DNA from: Polyangiaceae bacterium
GTDB taxonomy: Bacteria > Myxococcota_A > Polyangia > Polyangiales > Polyangiaceae
Assembly: GCA_035063585.1 (NCBI GenBank)
Contig: JAPSGB010000049.1
Location: 1-32,859, forward strand
DNA: 32,859 bases
Reading direction: 5' to 3'
How positions within the stretch are numbered: the first letter of the stretch is position 1; every line of letters begins with the position of its first letter. The notes beneath the pieces were generated by a model. The model did not search any database and was not told the DNA's origin. It worked only from the letters and a program-made list of their open reading frames with translations. A program made the position numbers and the translations under genes. Shown one piece after another: positions 1 to 10,622 of the stretch.

Positions 1-420
1 GAGGGCCGTGGGAGGGGCGCTTGCTGGTCGTGGTCTGGGTCATGCGCGTTGGACGCGTCCCCCGCCGATGGATTCAACCCGCCTACGAAAATTCTCGCGC
101 CAGATGCGGGGATCCCTCAGCACCATCTTGCCTCGACATGAAGCGTCGTCCGTCGCCCGCGGAGTATATTCCACGGTCGGCGGATGGCCGACACTCTGCT
201 GGTTCGTCTCGCCGCGACGACGACCGGCGGATGCAGGTGCGCCACACCTCCGTCACTGTCCCGCTGCGCCCCGGCCACCAGCGCGCAGGTGGGGCGTGAG
301 TCGATGGAATCGCCAGCCCTCCTTCGCCCGTCGGTTGGCGCTTCGAGCCCGCGCGTGCGAGCCTCGCGTCGGATGGCCCGCGTCTCGACCCGCTTCGGTA
401 TTGGCCGCTCGACGCCCGCG

Positions 421-618
421 ATGCTGGGCATCTCGGCGCTCAACCTGTTGGTCGCCGCGCTCGCGTGGGCGGGCGCGGCGCCAGGGCTCCTCATCGCGGT
501 GCTGCTCGGCGCGGCTGGCCTCGGCCTGCTCTTCGCGTTCGTGCACGCGGACCGGGTCGTCGAGCTCGATGACGATGACGAGCCCTCCCGGCGCGTGGGC
601 GACCCGGCCGACGAGTGA
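421..618 (+). CDS. Small putative membrane protein (~65 aa; start could be 304)
   Basis: 3' part of ORF 184..618. Two hydrophobic segments (MLGISALNLLVAALAWAG; LLIAVLLGAAGLGLLFAFV), then an acidic tail (ELDDDDE). GC3-rich codons. Start uncertain. Confidence 0.5.
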   Translation: MLGISALNLLVAALAWAGAAPGLLIAVLLGAAGLGLLFAFVHADRVVELDDDDEPSRRVGDPADE

Positions 619-788
619 CGCGCCGGCGGTTGCGCTCGAGGGTTGGCCCGGGGAACGCCGCGGAGCGGCCCGTCAGATGAAGCGCGATAGGACTCTGGGC
701 ATCGCGCGCTGCTGAGGACACACGTTCGCGTTCGGTGAGGCCGCTCGGCGCCGCATCGAGGTGGCGGGAGCCGGCGCTGGCGACGCCG

Positions 789-1229
789 CTACGGTTCGCG
801 GGAGGCCTTGCAGCCGCTCTCGGGGTACTCGTGCCCGTAACCCTGCTTGGGGTCGAAGACGGTGAGCATGGCGCTGCTCTCGCCGTCGAGCTGCGTGACG
901 CGCAGCTTCCAGAGCTTCTCCGCCTGAACGTAGTACGCGGTCGTGACTCGTGACTTCCTCACCGGCTCGCCGCACGGCTTCAGCCCACCAGCGACGAGGC
1001 CGGCGCGGAAGGCCGCGACGACGCGGTGGGCGTCGTCGTCGTACGAGCCGTAGAAGTAGTCTGGGGTGCTCTGAGGCACCTCCTTCAGCCCGTCGCTCGG
1101 CACGCCGAGCTCCTTCCAGGGCGACGGCACCGGTTTGCTGCACGCCGCCAGGGTGAGGCCGAGCGCCGCCGCCAAGAGCCAGGTGGACCGAGCGAGCCGC
1201 GCACGCTGTGTCAGAGAGCTCCAGCTCAT
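789..1229 (-). CDS. Hypothetical lipoprotein (146 aa)
   Basis: Internal ATG at 1229 of ORF 789..1358 gives a basic n-region, h-region and lipobox (WLLAAALGLTLAA-C). Two further Cys in the mature part. Confidence 0.7.
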   Translation of the reverse strand: MSWSSLTQRARLARSTWLLAAALGLTLAACSKPVPSPWKELGVPSDGLKEVPQSTPDYFYGSYDDDAHRVVAAFRAGLVAGGLKPCGEPVRKSRVTTAYYVQAEKLWKLRVTQLDGESSAMLTVFDPKQGYGHEYPESGCKASREP

Positions 1230-1383
1230 TGCCGTGAGGTAACAGCCGCGCTCGTCGGCGGCAAGCGCGCGGCCTCGCGAGGCCCGCCCCTCTTCAAGAG
1301 CCGCGTCGTCCGCAGGAGGCTCGGCGAGCCCGACCAGGCGGAGCGGTTCGGCGCCCACTGAACGCGCGCTCGAAGCGGCCCGC

Positions 1384-3789
1384 TCAGGGCGCGAGCGGCG
1401 TGCGCGTCGCCGTGACCGGCGAGAAGGTCCAGCCGGGCGTGGTGAGCGGCTGGCGCGTCAGGGTGAGCGCCTTCGGGGCGGGCGTGAACGCGGCGGCGGC
1501 GCCGGGCAGCGGGTTCATGACGCCGGAGACGTTCTTCTGCGACGCGCCGCTGGTGGCGCCGAATACGAGCGCGCCGCTCGGCGGGACGCGCGCGATGAGC
1601 AGGCGTGAGGTGCCGCCGAAGCTCTTCGTCTCGCCGATGGCGTACGCGGCGCCGTCGCTCGCCACGCGTACGCCCCGAAACTCGTCCGAGGCGGCGCCGC
1701 CGTAGGTGCGCGAGAAGCCGAGCGAGCCATCGGCGCCTACCGCCAGCAGCCAGGCGTCGGCGGCGTCGCCGAAGTCCCGACGCCCGGCGACCAGGAGCCC
1801 GTCGTCGCGCTCCGCGATGGCGTTGCCCCGGAAGTCCATGACCGTGGAAGTGGTGTCCTCGTAGGACGACCCCCAGGTGAGCTCGCCGTCGTCCTTCAGG
1901 CGAAGGACGATCGCGCCGGTGCCCGTCGCCGTCTGCCCGGTGACCGCGAAGCCGCCGGCGGTGAGGCTGGTGACCCCGTAGAGCCGCCCGTCACCGTAGG
2001 TGCGCGCGAAGACCGGATCTCCGGTCGGGGTCAGCCGCAACACGAGCCCTCGCGCGTTCGCGCCTCCGTTGTTCTCGCCCACGAGCAGCGCGCCTCCGTC
2101 GCTCGCCTCCGCGAGCGCGTGCGGTTCGCCGACGTCGCCGTAGGTCTTCGCCCACAGGACGGCGCCGGACGGAGCGAGCCTGGCTGCCCAGGGGACGAAC
2201 GTGCCGCCGTCGAGCGCGCTGCCGCCCAGGATGAGGCCGCCGTCCGACGCCCGCGCGGCGAGCACCGTCGAGAGCGTGACGTCGCTCGTGACCAGCTCCC
2301 GGGCCTCGGTCGCCGCGCCCGCCGCGTCCAGGCGGGCGACCGCTGGCATCGTCCCGTTCTTCCCGACCAGCCACGCGCCGCCGTCCGCGGTGCGCTCTGC
2401 CGAAGAGAGCCGGACGCTCCCGTCGATCCGGGCTTCCCACACCGGCTGCCCGAGGGGCGCGAAGCGGGCGGCGTAGCCCGCGAGGCCAGCCGAGTTGCTG
2501 GTCACGAGCAGCGAGTCGTCCGGCAAGAGCTCCAGGCTGGGCTCGGTCTCGCCGTCGGTCGCGCTGAGCGCCATCGCCCAGCCAGTCGCGAGCGCGGGGT
2601 CGGACTCGCAGGCTCCTTCGGCGATGGGGACGCTTCCGAGTTCCTTCGACGTGCCGGTCTCGGCCAGCGTGATCCCGAGGACGGACGCGCTCACGCCGGC
2701 CCGGCCCAGGACGCCGGCCGTGGCGTGGAAGCACGGGAGGCTCGCGGTCGCGGCGGCGACCCGCACGTACCCGTCCGCGCCGACCTGGAAGGCGGCGTCG
2801 GCGACGGTGGCGTTCAGCGCGGCCTCGACGGTCAGCCCGGCGAAGGCGTCGAGCTGGGCGTCGCCGGTCGCCATCACCGGATCGATCGCGCCGCTGGCCG
2901 CGCCCTCCAGGATCGGGTCGACGCCGTCGGCCGCCGACAAGGAGAGCCCGACGTCGACCTTCGCGTCCTGCTTCGCTGAAAAGTGCGCCTGGGCGCTCGC
3001 GGAGCCCTTCACACCCAGCTCGACCGAGAGCTTGGTCGTGATGACGAGCGGGACGCCCCCGATGGGGATGGGGATGGGCGGAAAGTAGAAGGTCGCGACG
3101 TTCGCGCGCTCGTCGAGCGTGGTGGAGACGAGCGCGTCGACGGCGAGCGAGGCCGACTCGGAGCCGGAGAGGACCAGCTTGCCCTCGACGTTCTTCGAGT
3201 CGATGGTGAGCGACAGATCCACCGCGAGCCCGAACCCGAGGCTGCCGGAGGCCGTGACGCCGGGCGCCACCGAGAATGAGTCGACGCCCAGCGTGAAGTC
3301 GCGCGCCAAGGAGTCCGCGCCGGTGGCGAGCGGCGAGCGTGGGACGAACGATGACAGGTGCGCACCGGGCGCGGTCTCGGTCACCACCCCAGGCCGCGCG
3401 AGCACCGTGTGCGGGAGCGTGATCGTGCCCTTGCGGATGGCGTCGGTGATCGCCGCCCGCTCCGTCGTGAACACGCGCCGCCCGCCCTCGGAGGACGCGC
3501 TCAGCACGCGCAGCAGGATGCCGCTCGGCGTTTTGGGCCCGATGCCGCCGAGCAGGACGTCTCCAGGGCGAACGGCGGCGAGGGAGGAGGTCGTCTTCGC
3601 GAAGCCGAGCGCCGTCAGGTCGGGCGGGGCCTCGTCCACCAGCGCGAGGGTCGCGGCGTCCAGCACCCGCACGTTGGGGTAGAGCTCGACGGACGAGCCG
3701 CGCGAGGGCGCCGGGGATGACGAGCAAGCGGGGAGCAGGGGCGAGAGCGCGAGCGAGAGAGGCCCGAGCAGCGACCAGGGACGCAACAT
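1384..3789 (-). CDS. Large lipoprotein with beta-rich central domain and C-terminal beta-propeller-like repeats (801 aa)
   Basis: ATG at 3789: MLRPWSLLGPLSLALSPLLPA-C lipobox. C-terminal half has repeated blades (G-x-x-x-W/F-A-K/R-T-Y-G: WAKTYG, FARTYG, WGSSYE, FSRTYGG; DGG-hydrophobic-G). The 5' extension to 4182 in the ORF track is Arg/Pro junk. Confidence 0.8.
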   Translation of the reverse strand: MLRPWSLLGPLSLALSPLLPACSSSPAPSRGSSVELYPNVRVLDAATLALVDEAPPDLTALGFAKTTSSLAAVRPGDVLLGGIGPKTPSGILLRVLSASSEGGRRVFTTERAAITDAIRKGTITLPHTVLARPGVVTETAPGAHLSSFVPRSPLATGADSLARDFTLGVDSFSVAPGVTASGSLGFGLAVDLSLTIDSKNVEGKLVLSGSESASLAVDALVSTTLDERANVATFYFPPIPIPIGGVPLVITTKLSVELGVKGSASAQAHFSAKQDAKVDVGLSLSAADGVDPILEGAASGAIDPVMATGDAQLDAFAGLTVEAALNATVADAAFQVGADGYVRVAAATASLPCFHATAGVLGRAGVSASVLGITLAETGTSKELGSVPIAEGACESDPALATGWAMALSATDGETEPSLELLPDDSLLVTSNSAGLAGYAARFAPLGQPVWEARIDGSVRLSSAERTADGGAWLVGKNGTMPAVARLDAAGAATEARELVTSDVTLSTVLAARASDGGLILGGSALDGGTFVPWAARLAPSGAVLWAKTYGDVGEPHALAEASDGGALLVGENNGGANARGLVLRLTPTGDPVFARTYGDGRLYGVTSLTAGGFAVTGQTATGTGAIVLRLKDDGELTWGSSYEDTTSTVMDFRGNAIAERDDGLLVAGRRDFGDAADAWLLAVGADGSLGFSRTYGGAASDEFRGVRVASDGAAYAIGETKSFGGTSRLLIARVPPSGALVFGATSGASQKNVSGVMNPLPGAAAAFTPAPKALTLTRQPLTTPGWTFSPVTATRTPLAP

Positions 3790-4004
3790 AGATAGATTGG
3801 CTAACAAGACCAGCGCGCCAGCACAACCGTTCGAGGAGCAGCGGTCGAGCTCCCGGCGTTCCACGTCCCGCGCCGGACGCCCGGCGGCGAGTGGCCCGCG
3901 TCCGCGCGCTGGATCCCGGCGGGGGCGGTGGGTCACGGAGCCTCCGCCCCGGGGTCGCGACGCCCGCCCACCACGCCGGGCCTCGGGGTCTTCTTGCCCC
4001 AACT

Positions 4005-4064
4005 CGCCGCCGCTTCGCGGCGTCGGTCTTCCCCAAATTCGGGCTTCGCCCGAATGGGGAAGAC
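4005..4064. repeat. Intergenic double hairpin with GC-TTC-GC loops (REP-like palindromic element)
   Basis: Hairpin 1: CGCCGC-TTC-GCGGCG (4008-4022). Hairpin 2: GTCTTCCCC(AA)ATTCGGGC-TTC-GCCCGAAT-GGGGAAGAC (4026-4064), a 17-bp stem with a 2-nt bulge. Confidence 0.6.
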
Positions 4065-4211
4065 TCCGTCTGTCGAGACCCTGGCACCGGCGCTCGCCGG
4101 GCGAGAGGCGGCGCGGTCGAGCCGGGGCGGGCTCCGCGCTGCGCGTCGCGAGGCGCCCTGGCACCGCGCGGCGTCGCGGCATGACTCGACGTACACTACG
4201 CCGTGCCCCGC

Positions 4212-5276
4212 ATGAGCCGGAAGTCCGCGCTCGTCATCGCGGCGCTCGCGTTCGGCTGCGCCGAACCCTCGCGCGGCGGCGCGCCGAGCGCATCGAGCGC
4301 GCCGCGGCCCGCCGGCTCGGCGAGCGCGGTGAGGTCCGTCGAGGCGCCGCTCGCCTCGAGCGCGCCGCCGCCGGGGTCCGCCGAGGCGAGCGCGCCGGCT
4401 GGGCCGCGCCTGCTGGCGCTCGGCGTCGAGCTGACCGAGTCGTACTCGATGCCGCGCTTCACCTGGCGACGCTGGGCGAAGCTCTCCTGGCAAGGTGACG
4501 CCGCGTCGCTCCCGCCGCTCCCGACCGAGCCCGCCCTCGACTCGGGCGGATGTCCCGCCGGGATGGTGCGCGCGCGAGGCGCGCTCGCGCTCGATGCCAG
4601 CGGCCGCGCGAGCACGGACGGCGTCGCGTCGTATCAGAATGAGGCGTGCTCCTTCTGGCGCACCCGCGACCACGGCGAGCACGGCCTCTGCGATCGCTTC
4701 GAGCCCGAGCGGTGGCGCGCGAAGGTGGAGACGCTGCCGAAGCAGCTGGTCGATTTCTGCATCGATCGCTACGAATACCCGAACGCCTACGGTGAGTTCC
4801 CGCTCGTGGTGGTGACGTTCTCGGAGGCGGAGGCGTTCTGCGCGAAGGAGGAGAAACGCCTCTGCACCGAGGACGAGTGGACCTTCGCGTGCGAGGGGTC
4901 CGAGGCGCTGCCTTACCCTTACGGCTTCGAGCGCGACGCGAGCGCGTGCAACATCGACGTCATCGCGCCCGGACCGACCCCCGGCATGTTCGCGCCGCGC
5001 ACCACCAAGGCCACCGCGCGAGGCATCGATCTCTCGTGGCGCGGCAAGCGCTCCGGCGAGTCTCCGCGGTGCCGGAGCCCGCTCGGCGTGATGGATCTCA
5101 CCGGCAACGTCGACGAGTGGACGCTGAGCTCCCGCAAGTATGGACGCCGAATGATCCTGAAGGGCGGCCACTGGGGCCCGGCACGGCAGCGCTGCCGCCC
5201 CGCGACCCGCGGCCACGGCCCGCACTACGTCCGCTACGACCAAGGCTTCCGCTGCTGCGCAGACGCTCCCTCCTGA
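4212..5276 (+). CDS. Formylglycine-generating-enzyme (FGE-sulfatase/SUMF1) domain lipoprotein
   Basis: Lipobox LAFG-C, Ala/Ser/Pro linker, then CPAGMV, FCIDRYEYPN, KRLCTEDEWTFACEG, GVMDLTGNVDEW, LKGGHW and terminal GFRCC. Start may be GTG 4203. Confidence 0.88.
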   Translation: MSRKSALVIAALAFGCAEPSRGGAPSASSAPRPAGSASAVRSVEAPLASSAPPPGSAEASAPAGPRLLALGVELTESYSMPRFTWRRWAKLSWQGDAASLPPLPTEPALDSGGCPAGMVRARGALALDASGRASTDGVASYQNEACSFWRTRDHGEHGLCDRFEPERWRAKVETLPKQLVDFCIDRYEYPNAYGEFPLVVVTFSEAEAFCAKEEKRLCTEDEWTFACEGSEALPYPYGFERDASACNIDVIAPGPTPGMFAPRTTKATARGIDLSWRGKRSGESPRCRSPLGVMDLTGNVDEWTLSSRKYGRRMILKGGHWGPARQRCRPATRGHGPHYVRYDQGFRCCADAPS

Positions 5277-5369
5277 TGTGCTCCCCGCGCCGCCGGCCGC
5301 GCGGGGCCCGCTCGAGCGGCGTCGCTGCGGGCGGCCGTCGAGCTCGGCTCCGTCCGCGCCGTCCGAGCG

Positions 5370-7202
<1,833 letters not shown>

Positions 7203-7319
7203 GGGAGCACTCCGAGTCTTGCAGCCGGCCCGATGCGGTCAACCAGCTCGCCTCCTCATAAGCATCATTCGCGTCGCGCGGGCCAGTTTTCATCGGGTGC
7301 GCGGGCGCGTCGGGCGGCG

Positions 7320-8621
7320 TCAGGGCACGCCCTGGAGCGTCGAGTTCCTGATGGTGAGGCTCCGGCAGTTGGTGCCGACCGCAGTGCCGGCGTTCGTCGT
7401 CGAGCCCGTCTTCACCTGCGTCCAGTGACCGCCGGTGTTACCGGTCATGGTCGTGTCGATGAAGGTGAGATCTCCGCCGAAATCGTTGCTGGTGAAGAAG
7501 AGCCCGCCGCCGAAGGCGCCCTCGCCAGCCGCGTTGTCTACGATCTTGCTCCCGCACACGGTGAGATTCACCGAGACGCCGTCGCTGTAGATCGCGCCGC
7601 CGTTGCCGCCCGAGCCGATCTCGTGCTGGCCGTTGTTGATGACCGAGCACTGGCTCGCGTCGTCGTTGTTGGCGCCGTTCCCGACGGCCCGGTTGTCGGA
7701 GAAGAGGCTATTGACGATCTCGAACGCGCAGAAGAGCCCGCCCACCGCCGCGGCGTTGCTCGCCTGGTTGCGCTGGAACGTGCTCCCCACGATGAGCGCT
7801 CCGTGCTTGCTGCCTTGCACGTAGAGCGCGCCGCCGCCGGTGTCGGGGCCGAGCTCGGCGGCGCGGTTGTCGGTGAAGATGGAGTCGATGACGGTGAGGT
7901 TGCCGTCGCGCATGAAGAGCGCGCCGCCCTCGCCGTCGTTCCAGCCCTGCGAGCAGGGCGGCGGGGCGTCGGGGATGCGCTCGGTCGGCCTGGCGTGGCC
8001 GCGGGTGAGCGCGAGCCGCTGCAGCGTCACGCGCGTCTCGTTCTTCTGCCAGTCGCCGTGGTTGAAGCTCAAGATGCGGACGGCGTCGCCGCCGTCGAGC
8101 GTCACCTTGCGACCGCCGTCGATGACGGTGTCCTTGTCGGTCGGGAGCTCGAGCGTCGTCGTCACCGAGATCGTGACGGGCTCGGCGCCGCAGTCGAAGG
8201 TGATGACGCCGCCCTTCGCCACCGCGGCCTCGAGCGCGGCGAACGTGCAGCTCGCGGCGTCCCCGCTCCCCACCACGGTTGCCGGCTTCGAAGTGTCGGC
8301 GAGCGCGCCGCCCGCGGGCACGCCGTCGCTGCACGAGCCGTCCGGGTTGCCGGCGTTCCACGCGCCGGTGGAGCCCGAGCCGCCCCCCGAGCCGGTGGAG
8401 CCCGAGCCGCCGCCCGAGCCGGTTGCTCCGGCGTGGCCTCCGGTGCCCGTCGCGCCCGCGCCGCCGGTGTTCGCGCCGCCGCCGGTGTTCGCGCCGCCGC
8501 CGGTGTTCGCGCCGCCGGTGTTCGCGCCGCTCGCGCCTGCAGCGCCGCCCGCGTCGTCGCTTCCCGAGCAACCCACCAACCCCAGAGCGACCACCGTCGC
8601 CGCGAGTCCGCGCTTCATCAT
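7320..8621 (-). CDS. Lipoprotein with Gly-rich linker and Pmp-like right-handed beta-helix (pectin-lyase fold) domain
   Basis: Lipobox LVG-C; Gly/Thr/Asn linker; GGVITFDCG, VIDGG; alternating GGA(L/I) motifs (GGALF, GGGALY, GGAIY, GGGLFF) and FxxN motifs (FTDN, FQRN, FSDN). SD-like GGAGG upstream. Confidence 0.85.
   Translation of the reverse strand: MMKRGLAATVVALGLVGCSGSDDAGGAAGASGANTGGANTGGGANTGGGANTGGAGATGTGGHAGATGSGGGSGSTGSGGGSGSTGAWNAGNPDGSCSDGVPAGGALADTSKPATVVGSGDAASCTFAALEAAVAKGGVITFDCGAEPVTISVTTTLELPTDKDTVIDGGRKVTLDGGDAVRILSFNHGDWQKNETRVTLQRLALTRGHARPTERIPDAPPPCSQGWNDGEGGALFMRDGNLTVIDSIFTDNRAAELGPDTGGGALYVQGSKHGALIVGSTFQRNQASNAAAVGGLFCAFEIVNSLFSDNRAVGNGANNDDASQCSVINNGQHEIGSGGNGGAIYSDGVSVNLTVCGSKIVDNAAGEGAFGGGLFFTSNDFGGDLTFIDTTMTGNTGGHWTQVKTGSTTNAGTAVGTNCRSLTIRNSTLQGVP
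8364..8529. repeat. Coding tandem repeats in the Gly-rich linker (2 x 27 bp, then ~4 x 18/15 bp)
   Basis: GCCGGTGGAGCCCGAGCCGCC(C/G)CCCGA units at 8364 and 8391 (GSGGGSGST). CCGCCGGTGTTCGCG(CCG) units at 8461-8529 (GGANT). Confidence 0.85.
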
Positions 8622-8801
8622 GACTGCCTCCGTGAGCGAGGGTAGGGGAGCTCCGCGAGCGGAGCAATCCTCAGGAGGAGCCTCCGTGGCAGGCTCGAGG
8701 GGTCGTCGGCCCGGCGCGGTGGGCCGACGCCGCGCTCGCTCCGGGCGCGCATCAAGGGCTCGACCGCGCCCGCCGCTCGCGGCTAGGCTCGTCGCCCTGC
8801 C

Positions 8802-10505
8802 TTGAAATTCCTGATTTCGCAGCTCCTGGCGATCCTGAAGCAGCGCGATCTACAGAAGAACCTGGACGCGCTCTATCGTCTCCTGGCTCTGCTGTTGGTC
8901 GTCATCATCGCCTACAGCGTCGCGTTCCACGTGCTCATGAACCTCGAGGGGCAAGCGCACTCGTGGGTCACGGGGCTCTACTGGACGCTCACCGTGATGA
9001 CGACCCTCGGTTTCGGGGACATCACGTTCCACTCGGACGCGGGTCGCGTCTTCACCATCGTCGTGATGCTGACCGGCGTGATGATGATGCTCATCGTCTT
9101 GCCGTTCACCTTCATCCGGAACTTCTACGCGCCCTGGCTCGAGGCGCAGCTCAAGGTGAAGGCGCCGCGCAAGGTCCCCGATGACCTCGAGGGCCACGTC
9201 ATCATCTGCGAGTACGACGCCATCGCGCAGGCGCTCATCTCTCGGCTCGCGGTGCGCCAGATCCCTTATTTCGTGCTCGAACCGGATCCGGCCAAGGCGG
9301 TCGCCCTGCACTCGGACGGCGTCTCGGTGATGGTCGGATACCCGGACAGCGTGGAGACGTGGAAGCACGCGCGCGCGGAGCACGCGCGTCTGGTGGTCGC
9401 GAACCTCTCCGATCCCGCGAACACCAACGTCACCATCACGGTGCGGGAGCACGCGCCAGACACCGTGATCACCGCAATCGTCGAGGACCTCGACGCGCTC
9501 GACGTGCTCCGGCTCGCCGGAGCGACCCACGTCGTCGCGCTGAAGAGCCGCCTCGGCCAGCAACTCGCGGCCCGCGTGAACGCCGGACAGCTCGCCGCGC
9601 ACGTGATCGGGCGCTACGAGGATCTCATCATCGCCGAGTTCCCGGCGCGCGGCACCGCCCTCGCCGGGCTCACGGTGCGCGAGTCGCGCCTGCGTGAGCG
9701 CTGCGGGGTCAACGTGGTCGCCTGCTGGGAGCGCGGGCAGATCCGCCCCGCGCGCCCGGAGGCGACGCTCGGCGACGCGACGGTCGCGGTCGTGGTGGGC
9801 ACCGAGGCGCAGATCGCCGCGCTGAACCAGCTCCTCGGCGACCGGCGCACCGAGAAGGACACCGTCATCGTGATCGGCGGCGGCAACGTCGGGCGGGCGA
9901 CCATCCGCGCGCTCAGGGAGCGTGGAGTTCGGGTCGCGGTCATCGATCAGAGCACCCTCCTCGGGCATCGGCTCGAGGGGCTCGCCGACTCGGTCATCAT
10001 TGGCGACGCCGCCTCGCTCGAGGTGATGAACAGCGCGGACATCGCCAACGCCGCGTCGGTCGTCCTCACCACCCACGACGACGCGGTGAACATCTTCCTC
10101 GCGGTGTACTCGAACCGGCTGAATCCAGAGTGCCAGATCATCAGCCGCGTGACCCACGAGCGCAATATCGAGTCGATCCACCGCGCGGGGGCGGCCTTCG
10201 TGCTGAGCCAGAGCGGGCTCGCTGCAAAGCTCATGGTGAGCGTGCTCCAGAACCACGAGCTCATCGTGATCGGCGAGGCGGTGGAGCTCTTCGTGGTGGA
10301 GGTTCCGCCGGCGCTCGCCGGAACCTCGCTCCGTGACAGCGAGATCGGCTCACGCACCGGGATGAACGTCATCGCGATCCGGCGCGGCGAGGAGACGGAG
10401 AGCTCGCCGCCCGCGTCGGCGGTGCTCACCGAGGGGGCATCGCTGGTGCTGTTCGGGACGGTCGAGCAGCGCCAGGAGCTGACGCGGATGCTCGAGGAGC
10501 GCTGA
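8802..10505 (+). CDS. Potassium channel (2TM-pore) fused to two TrkA-N/TrkA-C (RCK) modules
   Basis: GLYWTLTVMTTLGFGDI pore/selectivity filter flanked by TM helices. RCK1 starts at GHVIICEYDAIA, RCK2 at TVIVIGGGNVG. TrkA-C-like segments (LAGLTVRESRLRERCGVNVV; LAGTSLRDSEIGSRTGMNVIAIRRG). TTG start. Confidence 0.92.
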   Translation: MKFLISQLLAILKQRDLQKNLDALYRLLALLLVVIIAYSVAFHVLMNLEGQAHSWVTGLYWTLTVMTTLGFGDITFHSDAGRVFTIVVMLTGVMMMLIVLPFTFIRNFYAPWLEAQLKVKAPRKVPDDLEGHVIICEYDAIAQALISRLAVRQIPYFVLEPDPAKAVALHSDGVSVMVGYPDSVETWKHARAEHARLVVANLSDPANTNVTITVREHAPDTVITAIVEDLDALDVLRLAGATHVVALKSRLGQQLAARVNAGQLAAHVIGRYEDLIIAEFPARGTALAGLTVRESRLRERCGVNVVACWERGQIRPARPEATLGDATVAVVVGTEAQIAALNQLLGDRRTEKDTVIVIGGGNVGRATIRALRERGVRVAVIDQSTLLGHRLEGLADSVIIGDAASLEVMNSADIANAASVVLTTHDDAVNIFLAVYSNRLNPECQIISRVTHERNIESIHRAGAAFVLSQSGLAAKLMVSVLQNHELIVIGEAVELFVVEVPPALAGTSLRDSEIGSRTGMNVIAIRRGEETESSPPASAVLTEGASLVLFGTVEQRQELTRMLEER

Positions 10506-10622
10506 GCCGTCCCCTGCGGCTCACGGGCCGTCGGGGTCGCGCCGCGGCGGACGGAGCCCGAGAAACGCGCGGCAATTTCGCGCCGCGCCGCCGCCGGGCC
10601 GTGATAGGCTCGCGGGCGGAGC

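Noticed and set aside
1..43. Possible start of a minus-strand gene (MTQTTTSKRPSPRP...) leaving the window
   Set aside because: Only 14 codons are visible, which is too little to support a call.
4212..5276. FGE-domain protein as a DGR target or a true formylglycine-generating enzyme
   Set aside because: No reverse transcriptase or template repeat is seen, and no sulfatase is adjacent. It looks like the common expanded myxobacterial FGE-fold lipoprotein family.
7203..7319. glmS ribozyme upstream of glmS
   Set aside because: The region is only ~117 nt, and the minus strand lacks the conserved AGCGCC...GACGAGG core.
8630..8800. c-di-AMP (ydaO) or c-di-GMP riboswitch before the K+ channel
   Set aside because: Only an AATCCT..AGG fragment resembles ydaO; the rest of either consensus is missing.
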